A DNA stretch of 64,000 nt from an uncultured Eubacteriales bacterium (GTDB taxonomy: Bacteria > Bacillota > Clostridia > TANB77 > CAG-508). The stretch is from NCBI GenBank assembly GCA_949287075.1, contig CASEEU010000086.1:204-64203 (forward strand), written 5' to 3'. Position 1 is the stretch's first letter. Each line of letters opens with the position of its first letter. Both the position numbers and the translations under genes were made by a program. Of this stretch, positions 1-9,279 are shown in pieces. A model generated the notes under the pieces. That model saw only the letters and a list, made by a program, of their open reading frames with translations. It was not told the origin of the DNA and ran no database searches.

Positions 1-52
1 ATATACTATAAACAAGGATGTGAAAATATATGATAAAAATATGTGAAATATG
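1..52 (+). repeat. Left copy of a perfect direct repeat of at least 52 bp (partner at 1932..1983)
   Basis: Read directly: atatactataaacaaggatgtgaaaatatatgataaaaatatgtgaaatatg occurs at 1..52 and at 1932..1983. The copies diverge at the next base (t vs c). The left limit is unknown because the window starts inside the repeat. Confidence 0.9.
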
Positions 53-404
53 TAATAACAAATTTGAAACAAAATCTTCTACAAGAATATATTGTTATCA
101 TTGTAGTGGAGAATCTACAAGGAATAATAATGAAACAAGAAAGCATCAAAAAACAATATTACGAAGAAGTATGAAAATACAAGCAATTAAATTATTAGGC
201 GGAAAATGTTCTATTTGTGGATATAATAAATGTATAGATGCATTAGAATTTCATCATGAAAATCCAGATGAAAAAGAATTTAAACTAGGTTCAGGAAATA
301 CAATGTCATGGAAAGAATATAGGCAAGAAGCTTTAAAATGTGTTTTAGTATGTTCTAATTGCCATAAAGAAATACATAGTGCGATTGGATATAAAAATTT
401 TTAA
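30..404 (+). CDS. HNH (His-Me finger) endonuclease family protein
   Basis: 124-aa ORF with four CxxC pairs (CEIC, CYHC, CSIC, CSNC) and a C-terminal CSNCHKEIH motif typical of HNH nucleases. Confidence 0.6.
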   Translation: MIKICEICNNKFETKSSTRIYCYHCSGESTRNNNETRKHQKTILRRSMKIQAIKLLGGKCSICGYNKCIDALEFHHENPDEKEFKLGSGNTMSWKEYRQEALKCVLVCSNCHKEIHSAIGYKNF

Positions 405-443
405 TAATAAGGTTAAAAAATTAAATATGAAGGTGAGTTAAAA

Positions 444-1016
444 ATGAAAGTATTAATATTAAGTTTCAGTAGTAATCAAGTAAACGAAGATAGTTTTATA
501 CCAAATAAAATAGGATTAACTTTTTCTTGTGTAGAAGAATGTGAGAAAAAATTAAAAGGTCTAGGAAATGAAGTAGAACATATTTGTATAAATAGAAAAA
601 ATATTAAAAAATGTTTAGCTTGTGGTAAAAGAGGTTGGGGAATTTGTCTTGAAGAACATTTATGTATTCAAAAAGATGACTTTAACGAAATATACAAATA
701 CATGGAAAACTTTGATGCATATGTATTTATTACACCAGTGTATTTCCATGAAATGAGTGAGTCAGCAAAAACTTTTTTTGATAGATTAAAAAGATGTGAT
801 GCATTTAATGACAATTCAAAAATAAAAGGAAAGAAAATAGTGTGTATTGCATGTGCAGGAGGAAGTGGCACTGGAACAGAAGAAACATTAAAGGCATTTG
901 ATACATTAAATTATTTTTTGGGAACAAAGATGTATGCAAGGATACCTGTAACAAAAGCAAATTTTGAAAAACAAAGAGAAGTTATAGATGATGCAATGAA
1001 ATTGGAAGATGATTGA
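444..1016 (+). CDS. Flavodoxin-like-fold NAD(P)H-dependent FMN reductase / iron-sulfur flavoprotein-like protein
   Basis: 190 aa. It has the MKVLILSF N-terminus, ITPVYFHEMSESAKTFFDRL, and a Cys cluster CLACGKRGWGIC. RBS GAAGGTGAG lies upstream. Confidence 0.55.
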   Translation: MKVLILSFSSNQVNEDSFIPNKIGLTFSCVEECEKKLKGLGNEVEHICINRKNIKKCLACGKRGWGICLEEHLCIQKDDFNEIYKYMENFDAYVFITPVYFHEMSESAKTFFDRLKRCDAFNDNSKIKGKKIVCIACAGGSGTGTEETLKAFDTLNYFLGTKMYARIPVTKANFEKQREVIDDAMKLEDD

Positions 1017-1054
1017 TATTGAGATAAAGTATTATAGCTTGAAAGGAAAATAAA

Positions 1055-1672
1055 ATGATAAGAAATATAATTTTTGATTTAGGAAATGTGATTATAAATT
1101 ATAATCAAGAACAAATTATTAATAACTTTACTAAAAAAGAAGAAGAAATAAAATACATATATGATGAAATTTTTCATGCTCCAGAGTGGGAGTTAATGGA
1201 TTTAGGAAATACTACTAATGATGAAGTAATAGAAGTAATCAATAAAAGAAATAAATTCAAATACCAAAAATTAACAGAGGATTTTTTGCATGAATGGTTT
1301 AAAAAACAACCAATTAACAGAGAAATTGTAGAAATAGCAAAAAAATTAAAGAAAAATGGATATAATTTATTTGTTTTATCTAATATGGCTAATTTAACAT
1401 ATGAATATTTTAAAAATGAAGAATTCTTTTCATTATGTACAGGAATCATTATATCAGCACATGAACATTTAATAAAACCAGATGAAAAAGTATTTAAATT
1501 ACTTTTAGATAGATATAAATTAAATGCAGAAGAATGTTTATTTATAGATGATGATCCATCAGAAGAAAACTATAAAACGGCTAATAAAATGGGTATGAAA
1601 GGTAGAAGAATTATACCAAACCAAGTAGAAGATATTAGAAAATTATTATTAGAATTTGGGATAGAAATATAA
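1055..1672 (+). CDS. HAD superfamily hydrolase (subfamily IA-like)
   Basis: 205 aa. Motif I is IIFDLGNVI, the SN motif is FVLSNM, and motif IV is LFIDDD. Confidence 0.7.
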   Translation: MIRNIIFDLGNVIINYNQEQIINNFTKKEEEIKYIYDEIFHAPEWELMDLGNTTNDEVIEVINKRNKFKYQKLTEDFLHEWFKKQPINREIVEIAKKLKKNGYNLFVLSNMANLTYEYFKNEEFFSLCTGIIISAHEHLIKPDEKVFKLLLDRYKLNAEECLFIDDDPSEENYKTANKMGMKGRRIIPNQVEDIRKLLLEFGIEI

Positions 1673-1872
1673 ATAAGGTTGATAACGTGATACGAAGTCA
1701 TAGTAGAATTCATAAAAAAGTTATTTTTTATAAAAATAAGTTAAAATTTGTGATAAACTGTAAAAATAGTGTCCTCAAATGTGTCCACAAAAAACAAGAA
1801 AAGAGCCAAACATAACTTATATCAAAACATTAAGACTTGAAAGTTAGTTACATTCGAGGAGCCATAAAATAG

Positions 1873-1899
1873 CAGATAAGAAATTATCTGTTATTTTTT
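1873..1899 (+). terminator. Intrinsic terminator-like hairpin
   Basis: cagataa-gaaa-ttatctg stem-loop followed by ttatttttt. Confidence 0.5.
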
Positions 1900-1931
1900 G
1901 CTTGTTCGCTAGTTTTTCTATTAGAAATCAT

Positions 1932-1983
1932 ATATACTATAAACAAGGATGTGAAAATATATGATAAAAATATGTGAAATATG
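1932..1983 (+). repeat. Right copy of the 52-bp direct repeat; starts a truncated 22-codon relic of the HNH ORF (1961..2029)
   Basis: Identical to 1..52. The duplicated ATG at 1961 reads MIKICEI, then diverges and stops after 22 codons. Confidence 0.9.
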
Positions 1984-2061
1984 CAAAATCTTAAAATACT
2001 ATTGTAACTTTGAGATTTATATAATATAATTAAAATATGGAATAAAAAGGGGGAAAAAGAA

Positions 2062-2604
2062 ATGAAAAAAATTAAAAACATTTTAGCAGCAGTTGGATCA
2101 GTAGTAAAATCTCATATTAAATTATTATTGATTCTAATAGCAATAATTGTAATAATCATCATAGCAATTAATTTTATCTCAGGAGGACCTGAAAAAGTAG
2201 TTAAAGCCTATATAGGAGCCATGAATGATGCTAATACAGAAGAATTCATTAATAATATGGATTTAAGAGGAGCAATGGCTTGGTCAAAATGTGGGGAGGA
2301 TGAAAACAAATTTCAAGAAGAATATGATAATATAGATGTAAATTCAGAAGACACAAAAAAACAATTTGAGACAGCGGAAAAAGGATTAGAAAGTATGATA
2401 GATATGCTTGATGATAACTTGGAAGACTATAGTATAAAAGTTAAGGAATTCAAAGATACTGAAAAATTGACCAAAGGATTATATAGAGTAAAAGTACAAA
2501 TCGAGACAAAAGCAAAAAATGATGATGGAGAAGAAGAAGAAAATACAGCTACAGCAACATTTTTAGTATATAATAATAAAGTAATTGATATGGAAAATGA
2601 TTAA
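2062..2604 (+). CDS. Hypothetical membrane-anchored protein (one N-terminal TM helix, acidic ectodomain)
   Basis: 180-aa ORF with strong RBS AAAGGGGGAAAAAG. It has the hydrophobic segment LLLILIAIIVIIIIAINFI. I recognised no catalytic motif. Confidence 0.5.
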   Translation: MKKIKNILAAVGSVVKSHIKLLLILIAIIVIIIIAINFISGGPEKVVKAYIGAMNDANTEEFINNMDLRGAMAWSKCGEDENKFQEEYDNIDVNSEDTKKQFETAEKGLESMIDMLDDNLEDYSIKVKEFKDTEKLTKGLYRVKVQIETKAKNDDGEEEENTATATFLVYNNKVIDMEND

Positions 2605-2648
2605 CACGTATAATAAACTATGTTATAAGTGAAAAAGTATAAAGAAAG

Positions 2649-2725
2649 AATAACAGATAAAAATACTCTCTCTTTATTAAAGACAAAAGTTTAACAAAGA
2701 GATGTTATTTTATCTGTTATTTTTA
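2649..2725. terminator. Long bidirectional hairpin between convergent genes
   Basis: aataacagataaaa (2649..2662) pairs perfectly with ttttatctgttatt (2708..2721). An inner imperfect stem is present and T-runs flank the structure. Confidence 0.6.
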
Positions 2726-2744
2726 TACATAAAATGTTCAATTT

Positions 2745-3362
2745 TTATAAAGTATATAAAATATTTTTAAGTTGTTCTTTAATCATATTCAATGCTACTG
2801 CATTGTTGCCACCTTCAGGAACAATAACATCAGCATTTTTCTTGCTATATTCAACAAATTGCTCATGCATAGGTTTAACAGTAGAGCAGTATTGTTCAAT
2901 AACAGAATCTATACTTCTTCCACGTTCATTAACATCGCGAACAAGTCGTCTAATAAAACGAATATCTGCGTCTGTATCAACAAAAATCTTAATATCCATT
3001 AAATTTCTAAGTTTCTCATTTTCAAAAATAAGAATACCTTCAACAATAATGATTTTTTTGGGTTCAACAAGTACAGTTTCCTTTTCTCTATTATGTTTAA
3101 CAAAAGAATAAACAGGATGTCTAATAGATTTACCTTGTTTTAAAAGTTGTAAATGTTTTATTAAAATATCTGTATCAAAAGCAAGAGGATGATCATAGTT
3201 TAATTTCTGGCGTTCTTCAAAAGTAAGTTCATCATGTTGCTTATAATAAAAATCATGACAAAGTACTGTAATGTCATCTCCAAATTCTTTTTTCAAATTT
3301 TCAGCCAATGTAGTTTTACCAGATCCGCTACCGCCGGCTATTCCAATGATTATAGGTGTCAT
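2745..3362 (-). CDS. udk: Uridine kinase
   Basis: P-loop IIGIAGGSGSGKTTLA, then HDFYYK and DTDADIRFIRR. I prefer the start at the second ATG (3362), which is preceded by AAAGGA. The longer ORF reaches 3377. Confidence 0.9.
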   Translation of the reverse strand: MTPIIIGIAGGSGSGKTTLAENLKKEFGDDITVLCHDFYYKQHDELTFEERQKLNYDHPLAFDTDILIKHLQLLKQGKSIRHPVYSFVKHNREKETVLVEPKKIIIVEGILIFENEKLRNLMDIKIFVDTDADIRFIRRLVRDVNERGRSIDSVIEQYCSTVKPMHEQFVEYSKKNADVIVPEGGNNAVALNMIKEQLKNILYTL

Positions 3363-3552
3363 AATATATCCTTTCATTATATCATTAAATTCTCTATATA
3401 TTATAAGACATTTTTCGATATTTCACAAGCTGTAAGGTTAAAAATACTAAGAAATTAGGTATTTATTGGAGATTTTGTTCTATTTACTAGTTTTTATATT
3501 GAAAATCATATATAATATAGAAAATAAAAGTATAAATTTTATGGAGGAAAAA

Positions 3553-4206
3553 ATGAAATTTTATTTATCGTCATTAAAATTGGGAAATAAAACAGAAGAA
3601 TTAAAAAAATGGATAAAAGAACATGATAACAAAATCTGTTTAATACCAAATGCAAGAGATGTATATCCTGATGGTGAGAGAAAAACATCAAAAATTTATT
3701 CAGATGTGCAAGAATTAACAAATTTAGGGTTTGAGGTTACAATACTGTCATTAAAGGATTATTTTAATAAAAAGAATGAATTAGTAAAAAGATTGGAAGA
3801 ATTTCATGCTTTTTATGTAATTGGTGGAAATGCATTTGCCTTAAGACAAGCAATGTATTTAAGTGGATTTGATAAATATTTAAAAACAATAGAAAATAAT
3901 CCAAACTATTTATATATAGGATATAGTGCGGGAATATGTATATTAGCAAAAGACTTGCATGGATTAGAAATGTGTGATGATCCGAATATAAATCCATATG
4001 GTATAGATACAATATGGGAAGGATTGGGATATTTTGATTATTTGTTTCTTCCACATTATCAATCAGACCATAAAGAAACAAAATTAGTAGATGATTGTGT
4101 AGCATATTGTGATAAACATAATCTTAAATATAAAACACTTCATGATGGAGATGTTATTATAGCAGAAATCGATAAAGGAGAAGGAAAAGAAATAGAAAAG
4201 GAGTAA
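3553..4206 (+). CDS. Peptidase S51 (dipeptidase E-like) family protein
   Basis: VIGGNAFAL and the nucleophile motif GYSAGICIL. GGAGG lies 7 nt before the ATG at 3553; the track ORF starts further upstream at 3466. Confidence 0.6.
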   Translation: MKFYLSSLKLGNKTEELKKWIKEHDNKICLIPNARDVYPDGERKTSKIYSDVQELTNLGFEVTILSLKDYFNKKNELVKRLEEFHAFYVIGGNAFALRQAMYLSGFDKYLKTIENNPNYLYIGYSAGICILAKDLHGLEMCDDPNINPYGIDTIWEGLGYFDYLFLPHYQSDHKETKLVDDCVAYCDKHNLKYKTLHDGDVIIAEIDKGEGKEIEKE

Positions 4207-4209
4207 TCA

Positions 4210-4548
4210 ATGGAATTAAAAGAAGAATTAGAATTATTAAATGAAAACAGTACAATAGCAGATATTCAAAAATATATAAAAGATATGAAAAAGGCTAGAA
4301 AATTTGATGGTGTTACAATTGAAAGGGAAATGATGCTATTTATAGAAGAAATAGGAGAATTGGCTAAAGCAATTAGAAAAAAGACAAATGGATCTTTAGA
4401 TATAAATAAAAAATATGATGAGAGTGTTGAAGAAGAATTAGCTGATTGTTTTATTTACTTACTTAGTATAGCCAATATGAATCATGTAGATATATTTAAG
4501 GCATTTAAAGAAAAAGAAAAAAAGAATTGCAATAGAACATGGAAATAA
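4210..4548 (+). CDS. MazG-like nucleotide pyrophosphohydrolase
   Basis: 112 aa. The EEIGELAKAIRK ... EELADCFIYLLSIAN pattern (EExxE...ExxD) is typical of the all-alpha NTP-PPase family. Confidence 0.65.
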   Translation: MELKEELELLNENSTIADIQKYIKDMKKARKFDGVTIEREMMLFIEEIGELAKAIRKKTNGSLDINKKYDESVEEELADCFIYLLSIANMNHVDIFKAFKEKEKKNCNRTWK

Positions 4549-4587
4549 ATAATAAAATTTGTAAAATAATTAATTTAGGGGCAAAAA

Positions 4588-5626
4588 ATGAGAAAAGAAT
4601 TAAAACAAATCGTAGAACCAATTGTAAAATGGTATCAAAAACAGGAAAAAACATTACCTTGGAAACAAGATAAAGAACCTTATCATATATGGGTTTCAGA
4701 AATCATGTTACAACAAACAAGAATTGAAGCAGTAAAAAAATATTATACAAGATTTATGAAAGAATTACCAACTATACACGATTTAGCAATTGTACCAGAA
4801 GAAAAGTTATTAAAATTGTGGGAAGGATTAGGATATTATAGTAGAGCAAAAAATTTAAAAAAAGCAGCAATACAAATTGAACAAGAATATAGTGGAAAGC
4901 TACCAACAAGTTATACAGAATTATTGAAATTATCAGGAATAGGAGAATATACAGCAGGTGCTATTGCATCTATTAGTTATAAGGAAAAAGTACCAGCAGT
5001 GGATGGAAATGTTTTAAGGGTTGTTTCTCGAGTATTAGCAAGTAAAGAAGATGTGTTATTACCAGAAACCAAAAGAAAAATTACGAAAGAATTGCTAGAA
5101 ATCATGCCTGATGAGCCAGGAGATTTTAATGAGGGATTAATGGAATTAGGAGAAAAAATTTGTCTACCAAATACAGTTCCATTGTGTGAAACATGTCCAA
5201 TTCAAGAATTTTGTATGGCAAATAAAAAAAATCTAACAAATGAAATACCTGTTAGAATAAAAAAGCAAAAACGAAAGATAGAAAATAAAACTGTTTTTAT
5301 ATTAAAATATAAAAATGAAATAGCGATTAGAAAACGTGAAAAAACAGGAATATTGGCAAATTTGTATGAGTTTCCAAATGTCATTCGGAGAAACATCAGA
5401 AGAGAAGATTCCCCAAATTTTAGAACAATGGAAAATACAATTTAAAAATTTACATATAAAAAAGCATGCAAAACATATATTTACACATATAGAATGGAAT
5501 ATGGTTGTGTATGAAGTGGAAGTAAAAAACAAAAATAAGATATGGTCATGGGTAACAGAAAAACAAATGGAAAATGAATATCCATTACCAACGGCATTTA
5601 AGAAACTATTAACAAAAGAAAAGTAA
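4588..5626 (+). pseudogene. mutY: A/G-specific adenine DNA glycosylase MutY, split by a +1 frame change near 5376..5392
   Basis: ORF 4588..5445 carries the HhH-GPD and Fe-S parts (WVSEIMLQQTRIEAV, GIGEYTAGAI, the CxxxxxxCxxCxxxxxC region) up to LYEFPN. The NUDIX-like C-terminus (HIFTHIEWNMVVYEV) continues in frame +1, in ORF 5336..5626. Confidence 0.75.
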
Positions 5627-5651
5627 GAAAAAATAAATAATTTCAAAAAAA

Positions 5652-5801
5652 CTATTTATCATTTAAAGCAGCAAGGGTGGATAACGTATCACCAAGTTGT
5701 GTGAAAAAAGCAGCTAAAATTGCAAGTTCATCTTGTGACTTATCTTTTGCAATTTCACAAGCGAGTAAAGAAATAAAGTTAACAAAAGCACATGAATTCA
5801 T
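5652..5801 (-). CDS. Small conserved-looking 49-aa protein (not on the ORF track)
   Basis: My own translation is MNSCAFVNFISLLACEIAKDKSQDELAILAAFFTQLGDTLSTLAALNDK. GAGGTG lies 7 nt upstream of the ATG. It resembles ~50-aa clostridial proteins with an LAC.IAK....L....F.QLGDTL pattern. I recall these being catalogued as a DUF family, but that is from memory and unverified. Confidence 0.5.
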   Translation of the reverse strand: MNSCAFVNFISLLACEIAKDKSQDELAILAAFFTQLGDTLSTLAALNDK

Positions 5802-5883
5802 ACAAACACCTCATATTATAATATGAAAAAGACTTGTAGCTGTGATAGCAAACCAGGCTTTTTCTAAAGAAGAAAAGATTGAA

Positions 5884-5912
5884 TTGATATAGTAAAAGAC
5901 TTATGATATAAT
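5884..5912 (+). promoter_or_regulatory. Sigma-A-type promoter with extended -10
   Basis: TTGATA - 17 nt - TATAAT, with TG one base upstream of the -10 (tgatataat). Confidence 0.5.
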
Positions 5913-5937
5913 AAAGCAAAAAAGAAGGAAGTAAGAA

Positions 5938-6420
5938 ATGAAAATTGGATTTACAATAGGAAAATTTGCTCCATTACATAAAGGGCATCAGTATCTAATA
6001 GAAAAAGGTATTAAAGAAATGGATGAGTTTTATGTCATTGTATATGAAACAAACGTCATAGACATACCTCTAGAACAAAGAGCTAGATGGATAAAAGAAC
6101 TGTATCCAGAAGTAAAGATTTTATTAGCAAAAAATCCACCATCACAATATGGATTAGATAAAGAAAGTGTAAAAATTCAAATGGATTATTTAAAAAATAT
6201 TATAAAAGATATTCCTGTTACCCATTTCTATAACAGTGAACCTTATGGAAAATATGTTGCAAAAGATTTACATATAGAAGAAGTACAAGTAGATAGACTT
6301 AGAGAAAAATATGCGATTAGCGGAACAAAAATTAGAAAAGATGTAAATGAAAATAAAGAATATATAGAAGAAATAGTATATAAAGAAATAAAATCAAGCA
6401 AAAAAGATGAAAGTTGTTAA
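5938..6420 (+). CDS. Cytidylyl/adenylyltransferase-fold protein, NadR-type NMN adenylyltransferase-like
   Basis: GKFAPLHKGHQYLI (the HxGH motif) and ISGTKIR (an ISxT-like motif). 160 aa. Confidence 0.6.
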   Translation: MKIGFTIGKFAPLHKGHQYLIEKGIKEMDEFYVIVYETNVIDIPLEQRARWIKELYPEVKILLAKNPPSQYGLDKESVKIQMDYLKNIIKDIPVTHFYNSEPYGKYVAKDLHIEEVQVDRLREKYAISGTKIRKDVNENKEYIEEIVYKEIKSSKKDESC

Positions 6421-6443
6421 GAAAAAACTTAGCAACTTTTTTT
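6411..6443 (+). terminator. Intrinsic terminator overlapping the stop codon
   Basis: aagttgttaag / cttagcaactt stem (one G-U pair) followed by tttttt. Confidence 0.55.
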
Positions 6444-6611
6444 GTTAAATATAAAAAAAAAGAGATGTTTGGTTAATAAGAAAAAATTAAGAAATACCAA
6501 AAAGACTTCATAAAATATTAAGAAAAAATCAATTGGAAATCAATAAATATATGTTAGAATTTGAAACAGTAAACAAGTTAAAAATTTTTAAAGGGGAGGA
6601 ATGATGAATAT

Positions 6612-7518
6612 ATGGAAACCATATTAAAATGTGAAAACTTGTGTAAGACATTTGGAAAAAGAGATATCTTAAAAAAAGTTTCTTTAGAAATAAAGCAAGG
6701 AGATATTTTAGGATTCATTGGACCAAATGGTGCACGGAAAAACAACAACCATAAAATTAATTTTAGGATTACAAAGCATTACTAGTGGAAAGGTAACCAT
6801 CAATGGATATGATATTGAAAAAGAGTTCACACATGCCATTAAGAAAGTAGGAGCCATTGTTGAAAATCCAGATATGTATATGTACTTATCAGGATATCAA
6901 AACTTAAAATTAGTAGCCAATTTATATAAAGAAATCACAACAGAAAGAATTGATGAAGTCGTAAAATTGGTAAAATTAGAAAACAGAATTCATGACAAAG
7001 TATCTAAATATTCTTTGGGAATGAGACAAAGATTAGGAATTGCACAAGCCATATTGCATAAACCAAATTTATTAATATTAGATGAACCAACGAATGGATT
7101 AGATCCAGAAGGTATTAAGGAAATGAGAGAGTTATTAGTAGATTTAGCAACAAAGGAAAAAATGGCCATTTTAATTTCTAGTCACAATTTAGCAGAATTA
7201 GATAATTTTTGCACAAAAGTATGTATTATTAAAAATGGAGAAGTGATAGAAACCAGTGAAATTTCTGAAATCAAAAAAGAAACAAGTCAAGATTTACGAA
7301 TATTTGAAGTAGATGATGTAAATCGTGTTAAAAATATGGTAAAAGATGTGATTATAATCGATAATCATAAATTTAAGATAAATGTACCAAAAGAAGAGGT
7401 ACCAGAAATGATTGAAAAATTAGTAGAAAACAAAATTAAGATTTATGAAGTCAAACAAGAAGAAAAAACATTAGAAGATGCATTTTTTGAAAAGACAGGG
7501 GGGAATGTCATTGAGTAA
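6612..7518 (+). pseudogene. ABC transporter ATP-binding protein with a 1-nt insertion inside Walker A
   Basis: From the ATG at 6612 the read is METILKCENLCKTFGKRDILKKVSLEIKQGDILGFIGPNGA, and the frame then stops at 6783..6785. The +1 frame continues GKTTTIKLILGL..., followed by LSGGxxQ-like SLGMRQRL and Walker B LLILDEP. In ggtgca-c-ggaaaaacaacaacc the c at 6735 is the extra base. Confidence 0.8.
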
Positions 7519-8974
7519 TTTAGTGAAAAATGAATTAGTTAAAATATTTAGAAAGAAAACCATTTATATCACAATGGTGGTTATATTCTTATTATTAATT
7601 TTTATGAATTGTATGTTTAAATATGCAAATGGTGGAAGTGAATATGATTATTATTTATATAATGAAAATTATATTAACTCACTAAGAGGAGAATTAGAAA
7701 CACTAAATCCAGAAAAATCAAGTGATGTAACAACCTATATTAATTTATTATCAGAAATACAATTAAGTGAAATGATGGAACAACACAAAGATGCAGAATG
7801 GAAGTTAGCCATTATTAATGAAAGAATTGCACCATATATAACAGAAAGAAATACCTATCAATATGGAGCAGAAAAGGATGAAACACAGGTAGAAGCAGTT
7901 AATCAAGAAATTAATGATTTACTTGCAAAATTAGATGAAAATGATTGGAGATATTTTGCAAGAGAAGATTTAGAAAAAGCAGAACAACAAATAGAAGAAT
8001 TGAACATTCAAAAAGAACAAACAGAAGATAAAGCAGTGTTAGAAAATATTGAAACAGAATTAGATAATGCAAAAATGGAAAAAGAAATTGCAGAAATTCG
8101 ATTAAATAAAGAAATTCCTTATGGTAGTGATTATTTAAATAGAGCCATTTCAAACTTACAAACGGCTACCACAAATTTAGCAAATTTTAAAAATGTAGAA
8201 GAATTAACCTATGAACAAAAATTAGAATATAATAGCAATTTAGAAGAACAAGCAGAAAGTAGATATATATTAGAAACTGGAAGAGATATTCATAATTCAA
8301 GTACATTAAAAGGTATTTTAGAAAACTTCTATGCACAATTTGGAATCTTTTTGATAGTAGTCATTGTGATGATAGCAGGAACAATTGTAAGTGAAGAATT
8401 TAATAAAGGTACAATAAAACTATTATTAGTAAAACCATATAGTAGAAATAAAATCTTGATGGCAAAAGCAATCACATCACTGATTATGATTATCTTCGTC
8501 ATTGTCGTTACACTAATCATGCAAATTCTAATAGGTGGCATTATCTTTGGATTTGATAGTTTATCAGAACCAGTTGTGGCATATAATTTTAATACCAATA
8601 CAATAGAAGAAATGAATATATTTGTAAATTTAGGAGTACAGACATTAACACAATTACCAATGATTATTTTGTTGGCAACATTAGCATTTGCAATTAGTAC
8701 TTTATTTAGCAATAGTACACTTGCTATAACCATTTCTTTATTAGGATTTATGTCAGCATCTATTATCAATCAATTGGCTATTGGATATGATTTACAATTT
8801 ATGAAATATTTTGTGACTATGAATTGGGATTTAAGTATATACGCAAATGGCGCTTTACCATATATGGAAGGAATGAGTATGGCAATGTCAATTATCATTT
8901 GTGTGGTATATTTCCTAATTATGATGATACCAACATTTATAGTGTTTAAAAAAAGAAATATTAAGAATATATAA
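7505..8974 (+). CDS. ABC-2 type transporter permease with a large coiled-coil extracytoplasmic insert
   Basis: One N-terminal TM helix, about 250 aa of E/K-rich helical region, then 5 hydrophobic helices. The start MSLSNLVKNEL follows GGGGGGA. The gene overlaps the ATPase gene end. Confidence 0.65.
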   Translation: MSLSNLVKNELVKIFRKKTIYITMVVIFLLLIFMNCMFKYANGGSEYDYYLYNENYINSLRGELETLNPEKSSDVTTYINLLSEIQLSEMMEQHKDAEWKLAIINERIAPYITERNTYQYGAEKDETQVEAVNQEINDLLAKLDENDWRYFAREDLEKAEQQIEELNIQKEQTEDKAVLENIETELDNAKMEKEIAEIRLNKEIPYGSDYLNRAISNLQTATTNLANFKNVEELTYEQKLEYNSNLEEQAESRYILETGRDIHNSSTLKGILENFYAQFGIFLIVVIVMIAGTIVSEEFNKGTIKLLLVKPYSRNKILMAKAITSLIMIIFVIVVTLIMQILIGGIIFGFDSLSEPVVAYNFNTNTIEEMNIFVNLGVQTLTQLPMIILLATLAFAISTLFSNSTLAITISLLGFMSASIINQLAIGYDLQFMKYFVTMNWDLSIYANGALPYMEGMSMAMSIIICVVYFLIMMIPTFIVFKKRNIKNI

Positions 8975-9034
8975 GGAATTTATTCATAACGAAATTAAAA
9001 TTAATATAAAAATATTTTACAATATAAAAAGATT

Positions 9035-9064
9035 GAACCCCAGACTCTTGCGAGAATGGGGTTC
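9035..9064. terminator. GC-rich hairpin
   Basis: gaacccca ... tggggttc with an inner ctc/gag stem. The T-run is better on the minus strand (caatcttttt), so the hairpin probably terminates the small minus-strand ORF. Confidence 0.5.
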
Positions 9065-9111
9065 TTTGTAACTACACACACCGCCTGAACAAATTGACGG
9101 CGCGGGAGGAC

Positions 9112-9279
9112 TTAAAGAGAGTATAAAAGACTCAAACAAAGGTGCCCATTATTAAAGACATGTTCCTTTGTTAAATCTTCCTTAATTTGCAAAGGAAGAT
9201 TATCAGACAATAAGAAATCAAAAGTTGCCTGAAATCCATCCTTCGAAATTTTTCTCTTTAATGCTGCTAAATCGTACAT
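9112..9279 (-). CDS. 55-aa hypothetical ORF in a GC-elevated patch (possible gene remnant)
   Basis: GGAGGT lies 8 nt before the ATG. Translation is MYDLAALKRKISKDGFQATFDFLLSDNLPLQIKEDLTKEHVFNNGHLCLSLLYSL. A hairpin lies downstream. I recognised no family. Confidence 0.3.
   Translation of the reverse strand: MYDLAALKRKISKDGFQATFDFLLSDNLPLQIKEDLTKEHVFNNGHLCLSLLYSL

Noticed and set aside
3466-3552. N-terminal extensions of track ORFs. Examples are 3466 for the S51 peptidase, 40704 for spoIIAA, 47072 for marR, 10537 for the flavoprotein, 13930 for recN and 7478 for the permease.
   Set aside because: Internal ATGs with well-spaced GGAGG-type RBSs give N-termini that match the families, whereas the extensions lack RBSs.
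5336-5626. A 96-aa ORF listed as a separate gene.
   Set aside because: Its sequence is the C-terminal NUDIX-like domain of MutY in a shifted frame, so I treated it as part of the frameshifted mutY.
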